This document shows, piece by piece, positions 38,963 through 47,496 of a stretch of DNA of 64,000 nucleotides. Position 1 is the stretch's first letter, and the number at the start of each line of letters is the position of its first letter. The stretch covers positions 23,193-87,192 of the forward strand of contig JBNRMV010000010.1 in NCBI GenBank assembly GCA_050309775.1, written 5' to 3'. The translations under genes and the position numbers were made by a program. A model generated the notes under the pieces. The model was not told where the DNA came from. It did not search any database and saw only the letters and a program-made list of their open reading frames with translations. This DNA comes from Christensenellales bacterium. Its GTDB lineage: Bacteria; Bacillota; Clostridia; Christensenellales; DTU072.

Positions 38963-39460
38963 ATGAAAAGACAAGGCAAAAGGATAAAAAGAAAAATTGC
39001 TTCAATTGTATTTTTCTTTCTTGGAAGAGGGCTGAAAGCCGCATACAAACTTGACGAATCCATCAGAAAAGAATTTGAGAGCTTTCAAGACGGCGAAATC
39101 ATTCGTATGAAGATTGAGCCGGTCGGACCGTCTTTGGCATTTATGGTGGACAAAGGAAAACTCTATACCATGTCCGGCGCAAAGGCGGCCACCTGCAAAC
39201 CCCATATCGATATCTTGTTCAAAAATATTGACGGCGCCTTACAGGTATTGTTGGCGCAGGCGGGCATTGCCGAGGCTTATTGCCAGCACAGAATACTGGT
39301 GGTAGGAGATATCTATAAGACGGTGGGAATTATCCGCGTCATGGACAAGGTCGAAAACTATTTGTTCCCCGGCTTTATCGCAAAAAAGCTGCTTGTCAGA
39401 AGACCGCCAAAAGCTGTGTCCTCTGCCAGAATTTATTTGAAAGTACTAACTAACATATAA
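38963..39460 (+). CDS. hypothetical protein, possibly an SCP2 sterol-carrier-like fold
   Basis: 165-aa ORF with an RBS. The family assignment comes only from the overall sequence pattern. Confidence 0.45.
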   Translation: MKRQGKRIKRKIASIVFFFLGRGLKAAYKLDESIRKEFESFQDGEIIRMKIEPVGPSLAFMVDKGKLYTMSGAKAATCKPHIDILFKNIDGALQVLLAQAGIAEAYCQHRILVVGDIYKTVGIIRVMDKVENYLFPGFIAKKLLVRRPPKAVSSARIYLKVLTNI

Positions 39461-39472
39461 GGAAGGTGAATT

Positions 39473-40654
39473 ATGATACCGAAATATTATGAATTTTTGA
39501 ACTCCGTAAAAATACTCTCCGGCGCAAAGGCGCTTGAAAATATACCGTATGAAATGAAAATGTTTGGCGTCAAAAGACCCATTATATTATCAGACGCCAT
39601 ATTACAAAAAATCGGCGCCATTGACAAGGTTATCACCGCCATAAACGGAGAATTGGATACAAGCGTCATATTTACCGACATTCCGGCGGATTCTTCAGAC
39701 AAGGTTGTCAATGAAATAAGGAAAATATATATTGAGAAAGAGTGCGACGGCATAATAGCCATTGGCGGCGGCTCCGTAATTGACACCGCAAAAGGTGTGC
39801 GTATGCTCATAAGTCAGGAAATTGAGGATATTATGCTGCTTATGGGCAGCGAGGTTATCAACAAAGGCAAAAAAGTGCCGTTCATTGTTGTGCCTACGAC
39901 AAGCGGCACAGGCAGCGAAGCCACGCTGGTGGCGGTTATCTCCAACCCCGACAAGGGCATAAAAATGGAGTTTATTTCATATGAGTTGCTGCCGGATGCG
40001 GCTGTGCTTGACACCCGCATGGTAGAAACCATGCCGCCAAAGATTACGGCATCGACGGGCATGGATGCGCTTTGCCACAGCATAGAAGCGTTCACCGGCT
40101 TGCAACGCAATCCGCTCAGCGACGCATACGCTCTTTCAGCCATTAGGCTTATTGGCGAATATATCGAAACGGCTGTAAGCGCCCCCGCCGACAAGAAAGC
40201 CAGATTGGCTATGGCGAACGCATCGCTTATGGCAGGCATAGCTTTTTCAAATTCCATGGTTGGTTTGGCACACGCCATAGGTCATGCCGCAGGCGGCGTC
40301 AGCCATATACCACATGGCGACGCAATGGCGATACTTTTGCCGCATGTCATGGAATTCAATATGGCTACCTGTGAAGACAGGTATGCCGAAATATTGTTGC
40401 ACCTTGCCGGAGCCGATGTATATGCAGGGGCGCCGAAAGAGGAAAGGGGCAAACTCTGTGTAGAAAAAATCAGACAAATGCTTGAAAAACTCAACAAGCT
40501 ATGCGGTCTGCCCATACGCTTGAAAGATACCCGAGTTACCGAGATTGACATTGTTCCCATTGCAGAAAAGGCCATAAATGACGGCGCCATCGTCGTCAAT
40601 CCCGTAGGCGCAACCAAAGAAGATGTCATAGCCATTTTGAAAAAGGCATTTTAG
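39473..40654 (+). CDS. iron-containing (group III) alcohol dehydrogenase
   Basis: GGGSVIDTAKG and a His-rich metal site AHAIGHAAGGVSHIPHG. Confidence 0.9.
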   Translation: MIPKYYEFLNSVKILSGAKALENIPYEMKMFGVKRPIILSDAILQKIGAIDKVITAINGELDTSVIFTDIPADSSDKVVNEIRKIYIEKECDGIIAIGGGSVIDTAKGVRMLISQEIEDIMLLMGSEVINKGKKVPFIVVPTTSGTGSEATLVAVISNPDKGIKMEFISYELLPDAAVLDTRMVETMPPKITASTGMDALCHSIEAFTGLQRNPLSDAYALSAIRLIGEYIETAVSAPADKKARLAMANASLMAGIAFSNSMVGLAHAIGHAAGGVSHIPHGDAMAILLPHVMEFNMATCEDRYAEILLHLAGADVYAGAPKEERGKLCVEKIRQMLEKLNKLCGLPIRLKDTRVTEIDIVPIAEKAINDGAIVVNPVGATKEDVIAILKKAF

Positions 40655-40665
40655 AGCTATATCTC

Positions 40666-41337
40666 TTAATGCGGTGAATCCGTCTTGCCGTCGTTTATGT
40701 TTATGATGCGCGAACAGCGTTCGGCGATACTAAGTTCGTGAGTAACCAATACGATAGTTTTTCCTTTGGCATTTATACGAAGCAACATATCCATGATTTC
40801 CTTTGAAGTAGAGGTGTCAAGAGCGCCGGTCGGCTCGTCGGCAAATATGTATTTTGCGTCTGCGGCGAGTGCGCGAGCAATGGCTACGCGTTGTTTTTCT
40901 CCGCCTGAGAGTTGACTAACTTTTTTCTTGAGGAAATGTCCCAATCCTACGCCATAAATCAATTCGGATGCCCTTTTGATTCTTTCAGAACCTTTCATTT
41001 TTATAAAATTCAAAGGCAGCATGACATTTTCGAGTGCCGAACACTCATTTATTAAACAGAAATCTTGCATTACTACGCCAATATTTTGAGAGCGGTATTT
41101 GGCAAGCTCAACATCCTTCAGCCGTGTTATATCTATGCCGTCGACTATTACTTCACCTGAGGACGCCGATTCAATGCCGCATAAAATGTTTAATAGCGTG
41201 GATTTTCCCGAGCCTGATTTACCGGTAATGGCAATACATTCTCCGTCTTGTATTTCGAGACTGAGACCGCCAAGAGCCTTGCATGCGTTGGGCTTGTCTT
41301 CATTAAATATTTTCACCAAATTTTTTATACTTATCAT
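40666..41337 (-). CDS. ABC transporter ATP-binding protein (MacB/LolD-like), last gene of the AT-rich operon
   Basis: Walker A GKSGSGKST, signature LSGGEKQR, Walker B IFADEPT. Its start overlaps the upstream permease-like gene by 35 nt. Confidence 0.9.
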   Translation of the reverse strand: MISIKNLVKIFNEDKPNACKALGGLSLEIQDGECIAITGKSGSGKSTLLNILCGIESASSGEVIVDGIDITRLKDVELAKYRSQNIGVVMQDFCLINECSALENVMLPLNFIKMKGSERIKRASELIYGVGLGHFLKKKVSQLSGGEKQRVAIARALAADAKYIFADEPTGALDTSTSKEIMDMLLRINAKGKTIVLVTHELSIAERCSRIININDGKTDSPH

Positions 41338-42418
41338 GTTTTTTTCCTCTGCGTTTTTTGAATATTAGGTATGTCCTTACCGTTATTGCAATAGCCGTCA
41401 AAGACCCGCCGGCAATCAGGCTGTAGGGAACAAATAGGAGGTTATTGCCTGTAAAGCGCAAGACAAAGAATGCGCATATATAATAAAATGCCCAGCTTGC
41501 GAAGGGCAATGCCAAATCAAGTATTACAATAAAGGTATTTTCGCGCCTTCTCGAAAAAAAGGCAAAGGCAAGGACGGTGTATATGATGCCAATCAATATG
41601 AAAATTGAGATTGCCTTTATGGTTTCAGAATCTTGAAAATTTTGTTTCAAATCGATGTTGCCGCTAAGATAATCTTTGGTTTTCGGCACAGCAAAAACAT
41701 TGCCAAGTCCTTGCAGCCGAGTTGTCACCTCGGTAATATCCGCCTTTTCTGTAAAAGTTAAATATAATGCCTCGTAGCGTTCGGGCAACAGTTCGATGTC
41801 GACATAATTGCTGATGTCGGGAATAATAAGGGAAACATGTGTTATATTTCCTACATTTGGAGTAGGGTAGGGAAACGAATAATACCTATCTACAATGCCG
41901 ACAACTTCAAAACGCACCATAATACTTTTACCCGTAGTAATATCTTGAAATCCTGCGTTGAATATGGTTCCTATATCGTATTTTTCATTTGTATCTGATG
42001 AGGTAATTATGCTGCCTAACAAAACTTCTATTGTTTCGTTCTCCTGTTGTGGCACCGGCATTCGCCCTTTTTCGAGTACTAAATAATCTTCATTGAAAAG
42101 AAAAGGGTCGACAACTTTAATGTCCGGAATGTTGCCTAAAGTTATAGAATTATTCAAAGAGGATATACCTTCAAGTTCGGCGCCGATTATTTCGTTCAGC
42201 ATCGTATAAAGATTGGGAAGCATGTCTTCATCAACAAAGGGAGTGAAAAGCACGCTGTTTTCTTCAAACTTTGAGGAGTGAACATCCATTATATGTTGCG
42301 ATAATTCGGCGGACGTTGATGCTTCATGCAAATTGTTCGCAATCAATCCCACCGAATACAAGGAAAGCGGTAAAAACAATGCGAAGGCGATTATTATCAG
42401 CGTATTATATTTTTTCAT
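41303..42418 (-). CDS. FtsX-like (1 TM + ectodomain + 3 TM) membrane protein, paralogue 4
   Basis: Topology read from hydrophobic segments. The sequence is divergent. Overlaps its neighbours at both ends. Confidence 0.7.
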   Translation of the reverse strand: MKKYNTLIIIAFALFLPLSLYSVGLIANNLHEASTSAELSQHIMDVHSSKFEENSVLFTPFVDEDMLPNLYTMLNEIIGAELEGISSLNNSITLGNIPDIKVVDPFLFNEDYLVLEKGRMPVPQQENETIEVLLGSIITSSDTNEKYDIGTIFNAGFQDITTGKSIMVRFEVVGIVDRYYSFPYPTPNVGNITHVSLIIPDISNYVDIELLPERYEALYLTFTEKADITEVTTRLQGLGNVFAVPKTKDYLSGNIDLKQNFQDSETIKAISIFILIGIIYTVLAFAFFSRRRENTFIVILDLALPFASWAFYYICAFFVLRFTGNNLLFVPYSLIAGGSLTAIAITVRTYLIFKKRRGKKHDKYKKFGENI

Positions 42419-43493
42419 AGTGCATATCCTTCTCTGCTTTCTTATTTTTTACGCGAACAATTGAAGTTACTGCGATTTTTAAGAAAAGCGGCAATTGTGA
42501 AATAGCAAATACTAATAATGCATAGCCAAACCTCAAGCTGCGCCACGAGCCGGTCAGATTAACAAAAACAGTAATAAGTATTGTTGAAAGAGCAACGGCA
42601 ATTATGAGAAGTAGGGAGAGGGCTTGGCTTGACAAATAATGTTTGTTTATGCCTTGCAAAAGCTTGTTTATATAGAAATGAATGAGAATAAGCGAAATTG
42701 CGCAAACAATAATGCTGATTATTACCGTTGAAAGGTAATACCTGTTCATATAATATCCGCCTTTCCCATCGAGCTGCGCTATTCCGCTTTGGTCTTGGAT
42801 AAGCTGTATATACTCTTGATTTTCATATACGCTCATATAATCATTGAGTAAAACGACACTGTTTCTTCTTTGTGTAAACAAATCGTCATAAACTCCGGTA
42901 TCGGGCAGAAGAATAAGGTTTTGGGAATATTCTAAAAAATCTTTTGAGCTGTATCTCTTATATTCGGGAAGGGCGTAAAGATTGTCGGCTTCCCCCGAAA
43001 CCCTAGCGGCTATTTCCTTTGAGGTTTGCCCGTCCTCAGAAAAAAGCGTAATAGAAAGAGGGGTGTTTAATTTTATATTTGCCAAACGGTCACCCGTCAA
43101 GATGACTGTTGCCATGTTACTGTCGCTGAAACTCAATGTTTCACCTTTCTTCAAACGAAAAAAATCAGCTTCTTCCAACATTGTGCGGTTTACGAGCATC
43201 ACGGGAACCATGGATACCTTGTTGCCGAAGTTAACTTCAGCATACAGCACATTGCATTCGTAGATGTATCCTTTATAAGAACTTATATTGTTTTTCAGCG
43301 TGTCGTCCAAATCAATCAAAGCGCTTTCTTTTTCCACCGATAAATGTACGCGTCCGCGAGGGGCGCTCATCGAATCGGTTATGCGATTTATCCTGATATT
43401 AGAGAAGTCGTAGCAAAGTGATATCAAAATGCCTACAGAACATAGAAAAAGCAAAATTATTAGAGCAATAACTTTATGTTTATGTGAAAGCAT
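42405..43493 (-). CDS. FtsX-like membrane protein, paralogue 3
   Basis: Same 1+3 TM topology with a ~200-aa ectodomain. 14-nt overlaps with neighbours. Confidence 0.7.
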   Translation of the reverse strand: MLSHKHKVIALIILLFLCSVGILISLCYDFSNIRINRITDSMSAPRGRVHLSVEKESALIDLDDTLKNNISSYKGYIYECNVLYAEVNFGNKVSMVPVMLVNRTMLEEADFFRLKKGETLSFSDSNMATVILTGDRLANIKLNTPLSITLFSEDGQTSKEIAARVSGEADNLYALPEYKRYSSKDFLEYSQNLILLPDTGVYDDLFTQRRNSVVLLNDYMSVYENQEYIQLIQDQSGIAQLDGKGGYYMNRYYLSTVIISIIVCAISLILIHFYINKLLQGINKHYLSSQALSLLLIIAVALSTILITVFVNLTGSWRSLRFGYALLVFAISQLPLFLKIAVTSIVRVKNKKAEKDMHYEKI

Positions 43494-44499
43494 TTTTTTC
43501 CCTCCTTTTTTTTATAGTTCGTAGAATAAAAGAAATTGAAACTACGCCAGTTAATAAAACATAAAAAAGACCTACCGCAATATAATCCGAAAAAGAAAGT
43601 CTTGGAAACACAAATATCAGATTCTTCAACTTTTCCAGAAGAAATATATCAAAAAATAAATAAAGGCAAACAGACAAAAGGTATTGAATAAGCGTGAGCG
43701 CAAAAATTTCTGCAGTTAGTATGGCGGTTAGATTGCGGCGAGATTGTCCTAAAAGCCGATAAATTTCAAAACTTGACATTCGTTGCCTTACGATATAACT
43801 ATAACCCAAAAGGAAAGATATAAGCACGCTTACCGCAGGAAGCCAAAGAGTGATAGCTTCCGACCTAAAAAGAATGTTTCGCCATGTCAATTCAGGCATG
43901 GTCTTTACATTTACACTGAATATCTCCGATAAAGTCGAGGCATACCTTATTCTTGCCCTTTTGCTTCTTATATCGATTTTTATTATATTAGCGCCATATA
44001 TTTGCTGTGTCTTCGGCAATGAGGTATAATTGATTTCCAAAATTTCAGCATCGGACTTTCCCACAACTAAGTATTCTTTGCCAAACAATTCAATGCTTTC
44101 TCCTATTTTAATTTCGGCATTTTGAGGAGCAACAACTTGGTTTTCAGATTTTGACCAATCGATTGGCTCTCCTAATAAAGGATATTTGTAGACAACACCT
44201 GTTAAGGATGCGGATATTTTGTAATCGTTATCAAGGTAAATGATGATATTGTCACTCTCGTAGCTGTCCGTGAAAAAAGCGTTCTTCTTCTCGAATTCTT
44301 CCAGCGTAAGCGCATTAGAGAACTTTAGGTCAAAAACTCCGATGTCAGTAGAATTCAAACTTCCCAAAAGAAAAGAATACATGCCCAGCAGGGTGACGCA
44401 CCCCACCGCTTGCGATAATAGAATTGTCAAGAAAACGACTTTATAGGCGGCTATTGTTTTGAAAGATAATTTTAAGAGATTGCTAATTTTATTTATCAT
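43480..44499 (-). CDS. FtsX-like membrane protein, paralogue 2
   Basis: 1+3 TM topology. YRLLGQSRRNL segment after TM2, as in FtsX/MacB permeases. Confidence 0.75.
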   Translation of the reverse strand: MINKISNLLKLSFKTIAAYKVVFLTILLSQAVGCVTLLGMYSFLLGSLNSTDIGVFDLKFSNALTLEEFEKKNAFFTDSYESDNIIIYLDNDYKISASLTGVVYKYPLLGEPIDWSKSENQVVAPQNAEIKIGESIELFGKEYLVVGKSDAEILEINYTSLPKTQQIYGANIIKIDIRSKRARIRYASTLSEIFSVNVKTMPELTWRNILFRSEAITLWLPAVSVLISFLLGYSYIVRQRMSSFEIYRLLGQSRRNLTAILTAEIFALTLIQYLLSVCLYLFFDIFLLEKLKNLIFVFPRLSFSDYIAVGLFYVLLTGVVSISFILRTIKKRREKNAFT

Positions 44500-44506
44500 T
44501 ATTTTG

Positions 44507-45703
44507 CTATCCTCGCCTTAAAATCAAAGATATATTGCGTTGTTTCAATGCCGCCTTCGAACTAAAGAACGCTACCGTTAAAAAAAGGCTACATACAAAC
44601 ACAATCATAACTAAGGCTACCCAAGTATCCAATGCTGCGCGAATAAAGGCGATGGAAGGAACTATGTAATTCAAAAGCAGTATCAATAAAACAATAGAAA
44701 CAATGCAAATGGCTCCGGCCGATAACATTATTATAATGTTTGCGTCTTTGCGCTTTGCGCCGCATAGATACAGGATAGCCACATCTTTTATTGAGATAAA
44801 GGTGAACAGGGCAACCGCCATAGCGAAATTTGAAAGAGTGGTAAGCATTAAGAAACCAAGGATGGGAAAGAAGGTATTCAATATTCCCTTCATCTCGACA
44901 ATTGATTGTGCTTTTAATTCAGATAAATCATAATATGTTCCATAGGATTTTAGATCGGTTACGATTTCCTTCATTCGAATGTCAGTCACTTCGCTCTTAA
45001 ATACAAAAAGATTGGTATGATGCAGATTTAGTTTTATACCCTGTTCCCCCAAAGCGTCGAGGTTGCATAATATTATAGAATCAGAAACGGTTTTGCCCCA
45101 GTTGAAAACCCAAGACAACTCTGTTACGCTGCCCTTCATTCGGAAATAAGGAAAGGATTGCCTTAATATTCCGGTTATTAGGAAGGTCACACGCTTGACG
45201 CTCGCCCCGAAGTATATATCCGTTTCAAAGCGTTCTCCCACCTTTCCAAAAGAGGTAACGGCATTTATTGCTCCGTCTTGATTGGGAACAGAGGTAAAAA
45301 CTTTTCCTTTTAATAAAGGTAAGTCAAAAAGTCTCATCATATCGCCGCTAACACCTTCAACCAGTGTTGTTTTTCCGTCGGAGGTTTTTGTTGCCATACT
45401 TGAGGCTACGCGATAATTGCGCAGTTCTTCAGAATATTTTGTCTCCAGGTCACGTACGGAGATCAGCTCATCAAATTCGCCACCGGAGAAGTCTTCCCTT
45501 AAAAAAGCTTGGCTCTCTACCATATAGAATCCACCTCTCGAAGACAGCGCCTTAGATGAGATTGCGAACTCTGCATTCGCGCTTAAAACATACGTGAGCA
45601 AGGCATACAGAATAACCACGCAAACCGAGATTTGCAATATTAACAGCAAAAAAAGTATCCGATTCTTCCGATACAATCTATAAGCAGATTTTAAGAAAAC
45701 CAC
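44507..45703 (-). CDS. FtsX-like membrane protein, paralogue 1 (GTG start)
   Basis: 1+3 TM topology. LYLCGAKRKD segment after TM2. AAGGGG RBS before GTG 45703. Confidence 0.8.
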   Translation of the reverse strand: MVFLKSAYRLYRKNRILFLLLILQISVCVVILYALLTYVLSANAEFAISSKALSSRGGFYMVESQAFLREDFSGGEFDELISVRDLETKYSEELRNYRVASSMATKTSDGKTTLVEGVSGDMMRLFDLPLLKGKVFTSVPNQDGAINAVTSFGKVGERFETDIYFGASVKRVTFLITGILRQSFPYFRMKGSVTELSWVFNWGKTVSDSIILCNLDALGEQGIKLNLHHTNLFVFKSEVTDIRMKEIVTDLKSYGTYYDLSELKAQSIVEMKGILNTFFPILGFLMLTTLSNFAMAVALFTFISIKDVAILYLCGAKRKDANIIIMLSAGAICIVSIVLLILLLNYIVPSIAFIRAALDTWVALVMIVFVCSLFLTVAFFSSKAALKQRNISLILRRG

Positions 45704-45721
45704 TCGAAACCCCTTATTGTA

Positions 45722-45931
45722 TTATTGAACTGTAATTGTCGTCCAATATGTGTTAACCAAAGTACCGCTGGAATTTCGATCTTCTAACTTGCTATCGTGA
45801 ATAACCTTTTTTGCTTTTGAGGTAACAAAAGCTTCTTCTACTGCACGATTGTTAGACGAGATTATTTGCGTATCGGTTTGAGAAACGACAGAGCCATTTG
45901 TTTTTGTTACAGTAGTGGTTGCGGTCATCAT
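45722..45931 (-). CDS. 69-aa Thr/Ser/Asn-rich protein, no signal peptide
   Basis: The ATG overlaps the upstream stop (ATGA). No recognisable motif. Confidence 0.5.
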   Translation of the reverse strand: MMTATTTVTKTNGSVVSQTDTQIISSNNRAVEEAFVTSKAKKVIHDSKLEDRNSSGTLVNTYWTTITVQ

Positions 45932-46202
45932 ATCTCCGATAAAGCCGCTTGCGCATATGTTGCTGGGTCAACTTTAATAGTAAGTTTTGTAGTATAATTA
46001 TTAAGTCCTAACCCGTGACATCCATCATAATGCTCAGTTAAAGTTAAATTACCGTCCATGAAATAATGATGATCATTGTATACAGTATCCCAAGCGTGTG
46101 ACCCTGTATGATGCCAAGTATAAGCAAACGCTGTTGCGCCCATGCTGATTGTTAATGCAAAAAATATGCCGATAACAGCAGACAAAAAACAAATTTTTTC
46201 AT
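45928..46202 (-). CDS. small secreted His-rich protein; the signal peptide is interrupted by a frame change at a T6 run (46184-46189)
   Basis: GGAGGA RBS (46211-46216) sits 8 nt before ATG 46202, which gives MKKFVF in one frame. The rest of the signal peptide and the mature part (LSAVIGIFFALTISMGATAFA / YTWHHTGSHAW...) lie in the -1 frame. The ORF-track ATG 46233 sits inside the -10 box. Confidence 0.5.
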
Positions 46203-46231
46203 AATTTAAATCCTCCCATAAAGATGCTATC

Positions 46232-46260
46232 ATTATAAATTAAACTGCTTCATTTGTCAA
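46232..46260 (-). promoter_or_regulatory. perfect consensus sigma-A promoter of the AT-rich operon
   Basis: Minus strand: TTGACA (46260-46255), 17-nt spacer, TATAAT (46237-46232). Confidence 0.7.
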
Positions 46261-46354
46261 TACCATGGGTATGATATCTTTCTATTCTAATAATGCGTAT
46301 TTCGGCATTATTCGTTGTTTTATTTATGGAAGAACAGTTCATAATTAAAAATGT

Positions 46355-46897
46355 ATGAAAAAGATATGCAAAAACTGCCAGACGCTGTCAAAGAACAACG
46401 ATATTATGCGCGAGCAGGCAAAGAGGATAGCCGAGCTTAAGAGGGAGGTAAACGACCTCTCTGTTGCTTTGGAGCAGTATCGCAGTCGCGAGACGCAGAC
46501 AATGCAGGTCATTACTTTGGCAAAGCAAAAGGCTGATGAGCTGGCGCAAGAGGCAAAGATAAAGTACGCTCTTGAATGCCAGCGGCTGAGGGTGTACCGT
46601 GACAAATGGATGCGATATATTAAAGACCGGAATGCCGCGGGCAAATTGGCTCAAGATATAGAAAAAACCAATGAGGTGTTGAAGGAGTGCCAGGCTTTGC
46701 TGGAAGATATGCTCTATACTGATTTGGGAATAAACTGCAATGTGGCGGACAGTTATATTTGTGAACGGGAGAGAATAGACGACGAGCCGCTGCTGGATTA
46801 TAAGACAATTATTGCAGAAGCTGAAAGAAAAGCCGCAGCAGAGGATACCATTACTGATGAAGAACTGGAGAAAATGCTGGAAAAACTCAGGAATTGA
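46355..46897 (+). CDS. coiled-coil protein (DivIVA-like?), N-terminal CxxC
   Basis: 180-aa ORF with a heptad-like charged helical sequence. No clear SD. The family assignment is tentative. Confidence 0.55.
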   Translation: MKKICKNCQTLSKNNDIMREQAKRIAELKREVNDLSVALEQYRSRETQTMQVITLAKQKADELAQEAKIKYALECQRLRVYRDKWMRYIKDRNAAGKLAQDIEKTNEVLKECQALLEDMLYTDLGINCNVADSYICERERIDDEPLLDYKTIIAEAERKAAAEDTITDEELEKMLEKLRN

Positions 46898-46957
46898 ATT
46901 TTTTTATTAAGGTAAATCGATTTTATAGTAATTTCAAAAAAAAGTGCAAAAAAATGT

Positions 46958-46986
46958 TTGACACGGCTTTTTTGCTATGATATAGT
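46958..46986 (+). promoter_or_regulatory. putative promoter of the S10 ribosomal operon
   Basis: TTGACA (46958-46963), 17-nt spacer, TATAGT (46981-46986). A ~185-nt structured leader follows. Confidence 0.6.
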
Positions 46987-47174
46987 GATTAGGCTGCGTA
47001 AAATTGGGATGATGCGGGAGGTTACCTGAGTATCGGGATAGTTTCCGCAGACAAGCGTCGGAGCAAGACTCAGGCGGCCGAACTCAAAAAAAGGTGAAAA
47101 CCTTTTTTAAAAAAAGCAGTACGACACACACGGACAAGTGTAAGAGTTAGGCAAAAACTAGGAGGTACAAAAAC

Positions 47175-47483
47175 ATGGCAGGTCAAAAGATTAGAATCAA
47201 GCTCAAAGCGTATGACCACAATCTCATCGACAATTCTTGTCAAAAAATTGTTGAGGCAGTCAAGCGTACAGGCGCCGGCATATCCGGTCCGATACCGTTG
47301 CCCACAGACAAGGAAATAGTGACTATCCTGCGTTCACCGCACAAACACAAGGATAGCCGCGAGCAGTTCGAGCTGCGCACGCACAAGCGTTTAATCGATA
47401 TCTACAATTCTACTTCAAAAACGGTAGAAGCGTTGATGAAGCTGGATTTACCGGCAGGCGTTGACATTCAGATAAAGCTGTAA
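47175..47483 (+). CDS. rpsJ: 30S ribosomal protein S10
   Basis: [15 protein letters not shown], conserved uS10 sequence, first gene of the cluster. Confidence 0.97.
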   Translation: MAGQKIRIKLKAYDHNLIDNSCQKIVEAVKRTGAGISGPIPLPTDKEIVTILRSPHKHKDSREQFELRTHKRLIDIYNSTSKTVEALMKLDLPAGVDIQIKL

Positions 47484-47496
47484 CAGGAGGACTTAT

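Noticed and set aside
46203-46233. ORF-track start codon (ATG 46233) of the 101-aa ORF
   Set aside because: The ATG overlaps the TATAAT -10 box of the only good promoter. It has no SD, and it would give an acidic N-region unsuitable for the obvious signal peptide.
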